Source: Amoebidium appalachense
Lineage: Eukaryota; Protista; Ichthyosporea
Assembly: GCA_963693365.1 (NCBI GenBank)
Contig: CAVNZM010000016.1
Span: 4,950,043 to 5,014,042, forward strand
Direction: 5' to 3'
Length of the DNA: 64,000 nucleotides
The notes below the pieces were generated by a model. That model was not told the DNA's origin. It saw only the letters and a program-made list of their open reading frames with translations, and made no database searches. The translations under genes were made by a program, and so were the position numbers. Within the stretch, counting starts at the first letter, position 1. Each line of letters opens with the position of its first letter. This document shows, in pieces, positions 51,431 through 61,837 of this stretch.

Positions 51431-54400
51431 ACATGCACACACAAAAAGGCATTCGGGCACACACATGCACACACACAAAGGCATTCGGGCACACACATGC
51501 ACACACAAAAAGGCATTCGGGCACACACATGCACACACACAAAGGCATTCGGTGACACACATGCACACACAAAAAGGCATTCGGGCACACACATGCACAC
51601 ACACAAAGGCATTCGGGCACACACATGCACACACAAAAAGGCATTCGGGCACACACATGCACACACACAAAGGCATTCGGTGACACACATGCACACACAA
51701 AAAGGCATTCGGGCACACACATGCACACACACAAAGGCATTCGGGCACACACATGCACACACAAAAAGGCATTCGGTGACACACATGCACACACAAAAAG
51801 GCATTCGGGCACACACATGCACACACACAAAGGCATTCGGGCACACACATGCACACACACAAAGGCATTCGGGCACACACATGCACACACACAAAGGCAT
51901 TCGGGCACACACATGCACACACACAAAGGCATTCGGGCACACACATGCACACACAAAAAGGCATTCGGTGACACACATGCACACACAAAAAGGCATTCGG
52001 GAACACACATGCACACACACAAAGGCATTCGGGCACACACATGCACACACAAAAAGGCATTCGGGCACACACATGCACACACACAAAGGCATTCGGGCAC
52101 ACACATGCACACACAAAAAGGCATTCGGGCACACACATGCACACACACAACTCCCAATATTTACACACACCACCCACCACACACAGAGCAGGAAGAGAAG
52201 TTCCCAGTCGAACCCCAATCGCCCCGGTCCACGACACCCATCATCTCCAGACGTATTCCAACCTTTCGCTTGACACCTGACATATTGGAGAGGTACACAC
52301 TGGAGCAGTTCCTGTACAAAATCGGCAAGTATGACGACGTGAGGAGGGCGGGGGCTGCGAGGCTAGTCCTACCCGAGGAGGTGAAGGAGGCACTGGCAGC
52401 AGCATCCCAGGAGCTGGATTTGCCCGGCAGACCCCACAACGTACAAAATCTGCAGGCAACAGAAAACAAAGACGTATATGCTCTGACGCATGAACTGGAC
52501 CACGGTAACCTACCGGCCCCACAGGTGTGTTACTTGAGTTTTGGATGGAGAGGAAGCCTCACACCTAGCAATGTTTGCATTTACTTGGCCTGCCGAGAGA
52601 CACTTTTTGCACGCCCCGGCCTCACACTTAGCAATGTTTGCATGAATTTACTTGGCTTGTTTTTGCACGCCCCGGCCTCACACTTAGCAATGTTTGCGTG
52701 ATTTTAAAACTTGGCCTGCCGAGAGACACTTTCTGCACGCCCCGGCCTCGCATGCCCTGACTAAACATTATACTAACATTGCAACCCGTGAATTAGGGCA
52801 ATGCATCGTTGTCCGAGAGAGAGTTTTGGGACATGCTGGACGAGCATTGGCCTGAAAGCCGTCCCGAGGAACGGAATCAGTTGGGGAAACCTGTGTTTGA
52901 ATTCCACTACGCCAACGAGCACAGCATTCCACCTGGCACACGCACCCCCAGCGAGGTAAGCGGGCGAAGTTGCTCTGCACACCATTTCAGCACTTGCAAC
53001 CTCCCCTTTGTGACCCCCAATCCCGCACATTGCATCGTTTGTATAGTTGCACCATGCCTCCGGACCGTAGCTATGTAGCTAAGTGCATGCCCATTCAGGT
53101 GGTCAGCGAGACCTACAAATGGATGCCCAATTTAAGGACATTGGACTCTGTTCTTCATCGCATCCATGAATACCAGCACCTCGACGGGATATGCATTCCC
53201 ATGTTTTACAAGTACTACCCCCCCCCCCCCCCCCCGAAAAAAAAAAAAAAATCCTCACAAGAATTCAGAATAGTTCACTTGCCCGCACAGATTTCCCGTC
53301 CTCACTCACCCTCCCGACCTCTAATTTTGAATTGACTACCCCATATCCACACACAAGAATTCAGAATAGTTCACTTGCCCGCACAGATTTCCCGTCCTCA
53401 CTCACCCTCCCGACCTCTAATTTTGAATTGACTACCCCATATCCACACAAGAATTCAGAATAGTTCACTTGCCCGCACAGATTTCCCGTCCTCACTCACC
53501 CTCCCGACCTCTAATCGAATCGACTTTGTTTCAATCTTTTGCAGGTCCCGCTATCTTGGTTTGTTCGGCCCACATCCAGAGGATGCTGCCTTCGGCAGTC
53601 TCAACCTAATGGTTGACGGTCCGCACGGAAAACACTGGTATTCGATTAGCCCTGGCAGTCGAGATCGTGTCGAAAGGGTCCTTCGGGATATCCATCCGGA
53701 TGCAAAGTCCAAGAAGCCGTGCCCTGGGTTCATGATGCATAAGGTAAGCAGCCAAATTAAGCAAAAGACACGGCACAAAGGCATTCGGGCACACACATGC
53801 ACACACACGACACAAAGGCATTCGGGCACACACATGCACACACACGGCACAAAGGCATTCGGGCACACACATGCACCACACACGGCACAAAGGCATTCGG
53901 GCACACACATGCACACACACGGCACAAAGGCATTCGGGCACACACATGCACTTAAGCAAACACACGGCACAAAGGCATCGGGCACACACATGCACACACA
54001 CGGCACAAAGGCATTCGGGCACACACATGCACTTAAGCAAACACACGGCACAAAGGCATCGGGCACACACATGAACACCCAAAGGCATTCGGGCACACAC
54101 ATGCACACTATCGTGTGCTTACACCCGGGGTGGGACAGAATATTTTTGTGAACCCGAGGCTGTTTGAAAAAAGGAGCATCCACGTCTACCATGCAGAGCA
54201 AAGGCCGGGCGACCTTATTTACACCCTGCCTGGGGCCTACCACATGGGGTTCGCCTCTGGCGCCCACCTTGCCGAGGCGGTCAACTTTGCAACTCGTGAT
54301 TGGTTGGAACATTTGAACGGGAAGGTACCCCCGTTTTGCACATGCCCCGATCGCCAAAACGAGACATTCGAGGTACAACCCCCACACCCCCCCCCCCCAA

Positions 54401-54562
54401 AAAAAAAAAAAACGAGACAATTCGTTGGTCTGAAGGTAGTTGAAACAATCTATTGGTATCAAAGTAGTTACACACACACCATTACACCCCCGGTATCAAA
54501 GTAGTTTGGGGGATTAACTATTAAGCACCTAATCTATCGGTCTAACAGTGTAACACACACGC

Positions 54563-54605
<43 letters not shown>

Positions 54606-54755
54606 CACACACACATGCACACACACATGCACACATGCACTTAAGCAAACACACGGCACAAAGGCATTCGGGCACACACATACACACACACGGCACAAAG
54701 GCACCTAATCTATCGGTCTAACAGTGTAACACACACGCACGCACACGCACACACG

Positions 54756-54830
<75 letters not shown>

Positions 54831-54890
54831 CAGCTCGACCTCCCTATTTTGAAACGTGAGATGGTGGACTATCGGATGCAGAAGCCGTGA
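50649..54890 (+). CDS. KDM4-like JmjN/JmjC histone lysine demethylase with unrecognised ~243-aa N-terminal domain, ~609 aa. Exons: 50649-51378, 52187-52524, 52797-52955, 53099-53211, 53545-53743, 54139-54372, 54834-54890
   Basis: All junctions are GT-AG and phase-consistent; TACTAAC branch point at 52771. JmjN IPTFRLT...RAGAARLVLP; JmjC FGPHPED...SLN...GKHWY...CPGFMMHK...PGAYHMGF...AEAVNFATRDW...CTC. The exon 1 donor (GTTGCT) is weak. Confidence 0.88.
51421..52150. repeat. Intronic minisatellite, ~30-32-bp unit (AAAGGCATTCGGGCACACACATGCACACAC)
   Basis: About 23 copies; the same unit occurs at 53770-54110 and 54650-54700. Confidence 0.95.
53256..53515. repeat. ~95-bp tandem repeat x3 in JmjC intron 4
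   Basis: GAATTCAGAATAGTTCAC at 53261, 53357 and 53451. Confidence 0.93.
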
Positions 54891-54923
54891 GGTTGCAATG
54901 GCCCGATACGGTGGGGGGGGGGG

Positions 54924-55308
54924 GGGGAAACGTAGTTGTGGTGGTGTGGTGTGGGCAGTAGGCACATCTATAGGGTTCGTGGTGGGTGCGGTGGGGAAAC
55001 GTAGTTGTGGTGGTGTGGTGTGGGCAGTAGGCCACACATTCACATCTATAGGGTTCGTGGTGGGTGCGGTGGGGAAACGTAGTTGTGGTGGTGTGGTGTG
55101 GGCAGTAGGCCACACATTCACATCTATAGGGTTCGTGGTGGGTGCAGTGGGGAAACGTAGTTGTGGTGGTGTGGTGTGGGCAGTAGGCCACACATTCACA
55201 TCTATAGGGTTCGTGGTGGGTGCAGTGGGGAAACATAGTTGTGGTGGTGTGGTGTGGGCAGTAGGCCACACATTCACATCTATAGGATTCATGGTGGGTG
55301 CGGTGGGG
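54924..55308. repeat. 78-bp tandem repeat x5 downstream of the JmjC stop
   Basis: GGGGAAACGTAGTTGTGG... periodicity. Confidence 0.93.
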
Positions 55309-55567
55309 AGAGACGTGGTACAAAGTTTTCATTGTTTCAACAAGTTTTTTTATTATTTTTGTATTTAGCTCGATACCAAAAATTTCCGTAATGTTAACTC
55401 GAATGTGGTCTGCAAAAATATGTGACGTACCAAATTTTCTTTCCAAGTTTTTATGTGTATTGTAGTCACCCATAGTGGCGGAGAGACTCCAATAAATATA
55501 CCAATTCTGCTTTGAATCTGTGACATGTGTGCAATCACACACACACACACACACACACACAAAGCTC

Positions 55568-55599
<32 letters not shown>

Positions 55600-55601
55600 G
55601 C

Positions 55602-55895
55602 TCAACACTTTCTCTCATGATTTTCCGTTTCGGCTGGTAGGGTCTCCGGCTCCATCATCTTCTGCAGCACGATGGCTGTCTGCCGTTGGTTTTGGGGCAC
55701 CCACTTCTTGAATCCGCACTTATCCGCAAGCTCTTCGGGCAGGTCTATGTAGCCTTTTTCCGCAAGCTCTTGTGCGTATGCTCGTTGCTCCATCTGCGTC
55801 CGCCGGGCGGTGGCCTCGGTCGGCACAACAGTTGCCTGCACCACGGGTGCCTTGCCGGGCTCCTCCTTTAGCTTGTACTCCCATCGGTACGCCAT
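55602..55895 (-). CDS. Hypothetical protein, 97 aa
   Basis: ATG-initiated intronless ORF with ordinary globular/charged composition, tandem to the upstream Cys-rich ORF. Confidence 0.55.
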   Translation of the reverse strand: MAYRWEYKLKEEPGKAPVVQATVVPTEATARRTQMEQRAYAQELAEKGYIDLPEELADKCGFKKWVPQNQRQTAIVLQKMMEPETLPAETENHERKC

Positions 55896-55931
55896 ACTCT
55901 ATGCCACAAAAATCTCTTGCCGTGTCAATCC

Positions 55932-56303
55932 TCATGCCCGCTCCTTGATCACCACCGCCGGCGCATGTGCACACGTGGGGCACGCCGGGCACTTCTGCTC
56001 GGGCGGGCAGTGCTTGCATGCGGGACACTGGGTGCACCGGGTGGGGCTTGCACCGCACACGTGGCAGCGGGGGCAGTGCGCACACTTGCGGCGGGGCGAG
56101 CAGCTGCCGCAGCTGGCACACATCGGGCATGTACCGGGGCACTTGAGCACCGCCAGCCGCCGCCGCACACGCGGGCTGAACGTGTCCCACAGCACGTAGA
56201 GAATGAGCCCGGCGAGCACGGCCAGCAGGATGGGGGAGGGAGGGTTTGTTGTTCGCAAGGCGGAGAGGGGACGGGGCGGTAGAAAGGGTGCGCCGGCGTC
56301 CAT
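55932..56303 (-). CDS. Small membrane protein with CPxC-rich domain, 123 aa
   Basis: TM segment ILLAVLAGLILYVLW, basic stop-transfer RVRRR, then repeated CxxC/CPxC. Confidence 0.65.
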   Translation of the reverse strand: MDAGAPFLPPRPLSALRTTNPPSPILLAVLAGLILYVLWDTFSPRVRRRLAVLKCPGTCPMCASCGSCSPRRKCAHCPRCHVCGASPTRCTQCPACKHCPPEQKCPACPTCAHAPAVVIKERA

Positions 56304-56462
56304 GTTACTCGGTGCATGATATAATGCGGTGGTGGGGGTGCGCGAGAGGTGATGGGGGGGGGGGACTTTTCTCCGATTGCGGAGTGGGGTTTCCAATCCG
56401 GAGGGGGGGGGGGGGGGGGAGAAGGGGAAGGGGAGAGGGTTTTCCCGATTTTGGGAGGATGT

Positions 56463-57156
56463 AACGTTGATCAAAATCGGACTTGTGTTGTGGCACTCCG
56501 AATAATGGAATAAAACGTTGACCGAATTCGGACTTGTATTAATTGCTACCGAGCACGCCGAAAAATGAGATGCAACTTTGACCAAATTCGGACTTGTATT
56601 AATTGCTACCGAGCACGCCGAAAAATGAGATGCAACTTTGACCAAATTCGGACTTTTACCGAGCACTCCCGAAAAATGAAATAAACAAAAGCAAAAACAA
56701 AATATAAGAATAAAACGTTGACCGAATTCGGACTTGTATTAATTGCTACCGAGCACGCCGAAAAATGAGATGCAACTCTGACCGAATTCGGACTTGTATT
56801 AATTGCTACCGAGCACGCCGAAAAATGAGATGCAACTCTGACCAAATTCGGACTTGTATTAATTGCTACCGAGCACGCCGAAAAATGAGATGCAACTCTG
56901 ACCGAATTCGGACTTGTATTAATTGCTCCCGAGCACTCCGAAAAATGAGATGCAACTTTGACCAAATTCGGACTTGTATTAATTGCTCCCGAGCACTCCG
57001 AAAAATGAGATGCAACTTTGACCAAATTCGGACTTGTATTAATTGCTACCGAGCACGCCGAAAAATGAGATGCAACTCTGACCGAATTCGGACTTGTATT
57101 AATTGCTACCGAGCACTCCGAATAATGGAATAAAACGTTGACCGAATTACTTGTAT
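56463..57156. repeat. 60-bp tandem array with CCGAATTCGG/CCAAATTCGG cores
   Basis: Units start at 56521, 56581, 56641 (partial), 56721-57081 every 60 bp, and 57141 (partial). Confidence 0.95.
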
Positions 57157-57187
57157 TATGGTGCTTATCCATTGAAATGTCTTGGGG

Positions 57188-58813
57188 CTACTGCGCTTGC
57201 TCCTGACTGCCCTTCTTGAACACGCTCATGACGAGGTCCCTTGTCAAGTCGTCTTCCATGTGCTCCCTCGCCATCTCCAGCATGGCCGCAGCAAAAGTCA
57301 CAAAGTCCACACGGAACAGCTCGCGCTCGACGTTCTTGTGTTTGAGTGCTGTGTGCAGGCACTTCTCCGCAAGCGCCAGCTGCTCGGACGGCACGGGCAG
57401 CGCAAAGAGCAGGCGCTTGTTGGGTCCCACATGCCACGTACCGGCCTGCTTCATGCGGCCCTTCACGTCCTTCAGACTGAGTCCGATTTTCAGGCAGGGC
57501 GGGTCGCCATACTCGGACACGAACACGTAGATGCCGGACTGCTGCTTGGTGCACACGTGGTTGGTGACCCGGCGCAGCTCCTCGCTGGCATCCTCGTATT
57601 CGGGTGGGATGTGGTCCTGCTTGATGCTGTCTGTTGCCTGGAGCTCCAAAAGCCGGCACTGCGCCTCGAGTTGCAGGCGCTCCTCCCGGATCACACCTGC
57701 GCGCTTGTCACACAGAGCGCCTTCCTCGCGCATCATCATGATCTCCGTGTACTGTGCAGATTCGGCGATGCGCGCCTCCTTGTACAGACTCAGTGCAGTT
57801 TCCATCTCGGCCTGGTTGGTCATGAACTGGGTGATGTCTCCGAGCTTCAGTCTCTTGGGCTCCCTCTCGGGTGTCCCGTCGGCATCCATTTCTGCTCGCA
57901 CACTGTCACGCATGAAAGCGTTGGGTCCTGACGGGTTGGCTTCTGCTGCGGCACGGTTGCGCTCGATGTCCTCCACGAGTGTTTCGTCTCCACCTTCCAG
58001 GCGCGCTATATCTTGAGCCCACTTGTCAACGAGGGCAGATCCATAGCGCGAGCCGGATGCCATCTTGAAGGTCAGTTTCACCAACGATGAAGCAGGAACA
58101 CCAATCGAGGGTCGCTTTGAATCGCCGAACCTCAAAGGCCTCATGTTGAGGCCTTTGATTTCCTCTTCATTCTCATAATGTCGTCTGACATACTCAGCGG
58201 CCGCATGTCTGTCTAAATTGCGCACTAGCATTGCATAATCAACAAGACTGGCGTATTTAACACCTTCGGATTGAGCAACTCGCACTACATAGTCACCAAT
58301 GCAGATGGTGTCGCCTTTTTTTGCGGCGACCTCGTTTCCGGTTAGCATAGCTAAGCCTTCGTCGTGTTCCGTTGGCATGGTTTGTGAAAGTGAGGTTTGG
58401 GGTTGTGTGTCTGGTTCTTTTATACCCACCCAATCCTTGTGTGACAAAAGTCGTGCAACGTACTTGGCACAGGTCTTGCGGAACTCGTGCGCGCGCTTGC
58501 CAGGGAGCATGAAGATGATCTCGATGAGGACCTTGAAAGGAGCGACAGGTGTAACCATTCCCTTTCCGTTTATGCGGACCTTGTTGCTGCGAGCAACAAG
58601 GTCCTTAACGGTCGACTCCTTGCTTGCCTGCATATCAAACCATGCAGACCTTGCAGCATTTGACGAGCCAAGCACAATGGTGGCGGTATCCAGGACGCTA
58701 CCCTGTGCATCCTTGCCCTTTCCATGGATCCTATATTGGGCATCCTTGAACTGGGGGAACTCCTTCCACAGAAGCGACATGTCCACCTTTGAGTTGCTCT
58801 GTCCGGTAGCCAT
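57188..58813 (-). CDS. Virus-type DNA-binding protein: two Bro-N/KilA-like repeats + coiled coil + C-terminal T5orf172 (GIY-YIG-like) domain, 541 aa
   Basis: Repeat 1 GSVLD..GKGMVTPV..EIIFMLPGKRAHEFR..ARLL; repeat 2 ASLVD..ARLEGGDETLVEDI; C-terminal GIYVF..LKIGLS..GRMKQ..AEKCLHTAL..RELF. Confidence 0.85.
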   Translation of the reverse strand: MATGQSNSKVDMSLLWKEFPQFKDAQYRIHGKGKDAQGSVLDTATIVLGSSNAARSAWFDMQASKESTVKDLVARSNKVRINGKGMVTPVAPFKVLIEIIFMLPGKRAHEFRKTCAKYVARLLSHKDWVGIKEPDTQPQTSLSQTMPTEHDEGLAMLTGNEVAAKKGDTICIGDYVVRVAQSEGVKYASLVDYAMLVRNLDRHAAAEYVRRHYENEEEIKGLNMRPLRFGDSKRPSIGVPASSLVKLTFKMASGSRYGSALVDKWAQDIARLEGGDETLVEDIERNRAAAEANPSGPNAFMRDSVRAEMDADGTPEREPKRLKLGDITQFMTNQAEMETALSLYKEARIAESAQYTEIMMMREEGALCDKRAGVIREERLQLEAQCRLLELQATDSIKQDHIPPEYEDASEELRRVTNHVCTKQQSGIYVFVSEYGDPPCLKIGLSLKDVKGRMKQAGTWHVGPNKRLLFALPVPSEQLALAEKCLHTALKHKNVERELFRVDFVTFAAAMLEMAREHMEDDLTRDLVMSVFKKGSQEQAQ

Positions 58814-58848
58814 GCTGTGTCAGACTGACCCCAGTTGGCTGTGTGTGC

Positions 58849-58860
58849 TCCTTATATACC
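58849..58860 (-). promoter_or_regulatory. TATA-like box (TATATAAG) ~40 bp upstream of the 541-aa ORF
   Basis: CTTATATACC on the plus strand at 58851-58860. Confidence 0.45.
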
Positions 58861-59072
58861 TGCGCACCCTCAGTCGTGCCGAGAATGCTGGCAGCAACAA
58901 TCGACTGGTTTACGGGGGAGGGGGGTATGATTTCTCCGCAATGCAAACAAATTTGTGCGCGCATACACAGGCATGCGCTCGGACGACACCTTGGGGGTGG
59001 CCCTGCTTATATACGCGTGCTGCACCATCCGGGGCGCAGTCGCACACACACACGCACTGCGTGATATATTTA

Positions 59073-59591
59073 TCATTCTCTACGCAGCCGCCTATTTTTC
59101 TTTGCTGGTTCGTATAGCTGCAGCGACAGGATGTCGCAGCCCGTGTCGTGCCAAACAAAGTCCTTCAGAAAGTCGATTCGCAGAAGGGTTGTTCGCTGGC
59201 TCGAAGCCTTCAGGGGGACGGCACGTCCCTCCCCCATCCCTTCGTTCTCAGTTGGGTCCCTCGGTGGCAGCAGCGACAGCGTGGTGTCCCAGCGCTCCCA
59301 GGTCAGCCGGAACGACTTGCCCCAATCTAGGTCGATGGTCACCGCATCCCCGGCCCCCTCCAGCGGACACGTCGAAAACACCAGGTGGTTGAGTCCGTCT
59401 CGATTCGATGATTCGACCGATTGCAGCGGCAGCATCGTGTCCGACAGCATCGTGTCGCCCTTGCCGAGTCGCGCGTGGAGCTGTAGCGGCCGGCTCGCCA
59501 CCCTCCCGGCGCCGTGTGAGTCGAACGTCATGCTCGAGACAAACAGCGAAAGTCTATTCACGAACAGCTTCAGGTCCTGCTCAAAAGCCAT
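59073..59591 (-). CDS. Hypothetical protein, 172 aa
   Basis: ATG-initiated intronless ORF (MAFEQDLK...); TATAAAAAG ~55 bp upstream on the minus strand. Confidence 0.55.
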   Translation of the reverse strand: MAFEQDLKLFVNRLSLFVSSMTFDSHGAGRVASRPLQLHARLGKGDTMLSDTMLPLQSVESSNRDGLNHLVFSTCPLEGAGDAVTIDLDWGKSFRLTWERWDTTLSLLPPRDPTENEGMGEGRAVPLKASSQRTTLLRIDFLKDFVWHDTGCDILSLQLYEPAKKNRRLRRE

Positions 59592-59967
59592 GTTCAGTTC
59601 TGGTGCAGATGCAGACTGGCAGCTCTCCGCGTCCAACACGGCTTTTTATACCCTTCCCGACTTGCGCCTGCGTCGGCGCACACTCGCCCGCAAGGTGCCA
59701 GTTCTCGAGGCGCTGCACGACCATGAGTGCACGCTTGCGTGTTTCGGTGTGTGTGTGCGCGGGGCCGACTCGGGATGTGAGGTGCTGAGCGTGCGCTGCT
59801 GCACCAGCATGTGGACTGCAGGTGTGCGCCCGGGAGACATTGTGGTGGCGTGCGAGATCAAGCGCGCAGAGCCCGGGTGGCGCAAGGTGTATCTCGAGCT
59901 CGAGGAGGGCGCGTGGACCAGCAACCAATGTGCCGCAGGGTGTAAGCGGAGAAAGTGGTTTCACTAG
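59590..59967 (+). CDS. Possible small protein with a degenerate PDZ-like segment
   Basis: FGVCVRG..GCEVLSV..S..AGVRPGDIVVAC loosely resembles the PDZ pattern; start uncertain. Confidence 0.3.
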   Translation: MFSSGADADWQLSASNTAFYTLPDLRLRRRTLARKVPVLEALHDHECTLACFGVCVRGADSGCEVLSVRCCTSMWTAGVRPGDIVVACEIKRAEPGWRKVYLELEEGAWTSNQCAAGCKRRKWFH

Positions 59968-60224
59968 GGTGTTTTCGCAGTCGGAGATGGACATTTTTCG
60001 GACAAGGGGCATGCCACACCGAAGAGGTCGGTCAAAAAGGAGAGGTCATAGGCGTATTGAGAAGTACGTGTATGCCGACGCGCTCATGCCGAAATACCGG
60101 AGACTGGTGCTCCGACAGAGCGTGCGAGTAAAGCGGAAAACGGACTGAGATTTATTCTGTCGATATCGATGTTGGAAAAATCACATACCATTATGCACAT
60201 AACCACCGACCCGAATTAAGTTTG

Positions 60225-60385
60225 ACAACCCGAGGTTACATCAATGACAAATATACGATTCTACAACAACCCCGAATGAATTCTATCGCTTGCACACGAA
60301 ACAAGTACCCGAGATTACATCAATAATAAATATACGATTCTACAACAACCCCGAATGAATTCTATCGCTTGTCACGAAATAAGTT
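60225..60385. repeat. ~79-bp tandem duplication in an intergenic 3' region
   Basis: AAATATACGATTCTACAACAACCCCGAATGAATTCTATCGCTTG occurs twice. Confidence 0.88.
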
Positions 60386-60427
60386 CCGTAAAAGAGCACA
60401 CAGACACAGCATCACCACGGCCATCCC

Positions 60428-61837
60428 CTACGGGCCCTGCTTCTGGCAGTCCTTCTTGTGCTCACCCCAATCGCGGGTCTGGCAGTCCCTGCTGCAGTAG
60501 TAGACGTGCTTACAGGCCGAGCACTTCTTGGTGCGCCCGGTCGAGCCGCAGGTGGCACAGACGACAGAGGGCAGCTTGTCGATGAAGTGCTTGACGGCCC
60601 GGTTGCACCATTCATACATACACATGTTGTCCATGTCGTACTCCGTGGACACGGGAAGAGTGCTCACCGCAAACTCCGCAATCTGCACAACAGCCTCGGG
60701 CGTGGTGTGCTCGAGGCCGGAAGACGCGCACAGTACATGAAGCATCATTCTGAAGACAATACCGGCGCCCGTGCTGATGTTTCCGGCATACAGGGCATTG
60801 TAGTCCCGCTCCTCCAGCACGTAGCGGTGGAAGACACAGTAGTGCCTAAAACACGCGAAGTAGGCAGCCATGTTGCGTTCGGCCGCAGTCACCGTTGGGT
60901 CGTTCACCCATCTCCGCTCCTCTATAGCACGCATCTCGCCCGCCAGGGTAGCCTCGCATTCCATGTAGCGCTCCTTGTTGCGAAACACACGCAGGTCGCC
61001 GCACTCCAGAACTTTTAGCATCAGGTTGCAGACCGGGTCCGAGTGGAAACGCAAGTGGCTGTCCATGGTGTAGACCACGACCTCGTTTTTCGACACCGTT
61101 GGGTCTTGGTGGGTGGGTTGCTCCTTGCAGTCCTTCTTGTGCTCGGGCCACTTTTGTTTCATACAGATGTCATTGCAGAAGTAGGCGTTTCTGCAGCGGG
61201 TGCACTTCTTTGTGTCGACGGGCGAGCGGCACTGGAGACATGACACGGAAGGCAACTCGTTCACAAAGTGCTCGACGGCCCGGTTAGCCCAATCATTGTA
61301 CACCACGTCGTCAATGTCCTTGCATAACGTATACGTACGCAAGGCGGAAGTGGCCGGCTCTTGACTGAAGTGGGCAGGGGGTCGGGCCTTGAGACCGGAC
61401 CGCTCGCATAGCGCCGTCCCCACGAGCATGAAGAAGTCCTGAACCCCTTGACCGAGCGTGCCCTCGTGGAGAGCCTCATGGTCCGGATTCCCCAGCACGT
61501 AGCGCTGGAAGGCGGCGTACATTGGGAACGCGATGGAGTGCAGACAAGTGTCCCAGAGGGGCGGCACCCGCCCAGGCCCGTGGGGTTGTCTCTCCAAATG
61601 CAGCAGCAAAGTTTTCATGTCGTTTTCAAGGACTGAACGGAACGCAGCGAAGCTCTCCCGTGTTTCGAAGATGCGGAGGTCGCCGTCTCTCGCAACTTCC
61701 AGCAGCCGAGCGCTGACAGGGTCCCGGTGGAGCCGATACTTGTCGTCCACGGCATAGACGACGACCTTGTCCGTGTCCGAGCCGGGGGGCCGGACGATGA
61801 AAGGCAAAGCCACGGCCTCTTCAGGTGTTTGGTCCAT
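60428..61837 (-). CDS. Internally duplicated protein, each half ending in a zf-MYND domain, 469 aa
   Basis: CLQC..KKCTRCRNAYFCNDICMKQKWPEHKKDC and CATC..KKCSACKHVYYCSRDCQTRDWGEHKKDC, each preceded by a homologous ~190-aa domain. Confidence 0.9.
   Translation of the reverse strand: MDQTPEEAVALPFIVRPPGSDTDKVVVYAVDDKYRLHRDPVSARLLEVARDGDLRIFETRESFAAFRSVLENDMKTLLLHLERQPHGPGRVPPLWDTCLHSIAFPMYAAFQRYVLGNPDHEALHEGTLGQGVQDFFMLVGTALCERSGLKARPPAHFSQEPATSALRTYTLCKDIDDVVYNDWANRAVEHFVNELPSVSCLQCRSPVDTKKCTRCRNAYFCNDICMKQKWPEHKKDCKEQPTHQDPTVSKNEVVVYTMDSHLRFHSDPVCNLMLKVLECGDLRVFRNKERYMECEATLAGEMRAIEERRWVNDPTVTAAERNMAAYFACFRHYCVFHRYVLEERDYNALYAGNISTGAGIVFRMMLHVLCASSGLEHTTPEAVVQIAEFAVSTLPVSTEYDMDNMCMYEWCNRAVKHFIDKLPSVVCATCGSTGRTKKCSACKHVYYCSRDCQTRDWGEHKKDCQKQGP

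Noticed and set aside
56463-57156. Possible CRISPR array (also considered for 4581-5740, 35100-35670 and 46940-47265)
   Set aside because: Units are contiguous with no unique spacers, no cas genes are present and the context is eukaryotic.
55932-57172. Repeat-protein ORFs (SPNLVKVASHFSACSVAINT)n and the 244-aa extension
   Set aside because: They are translations of the 60-bp DNA array; the credible gene starts at ATG 56303.
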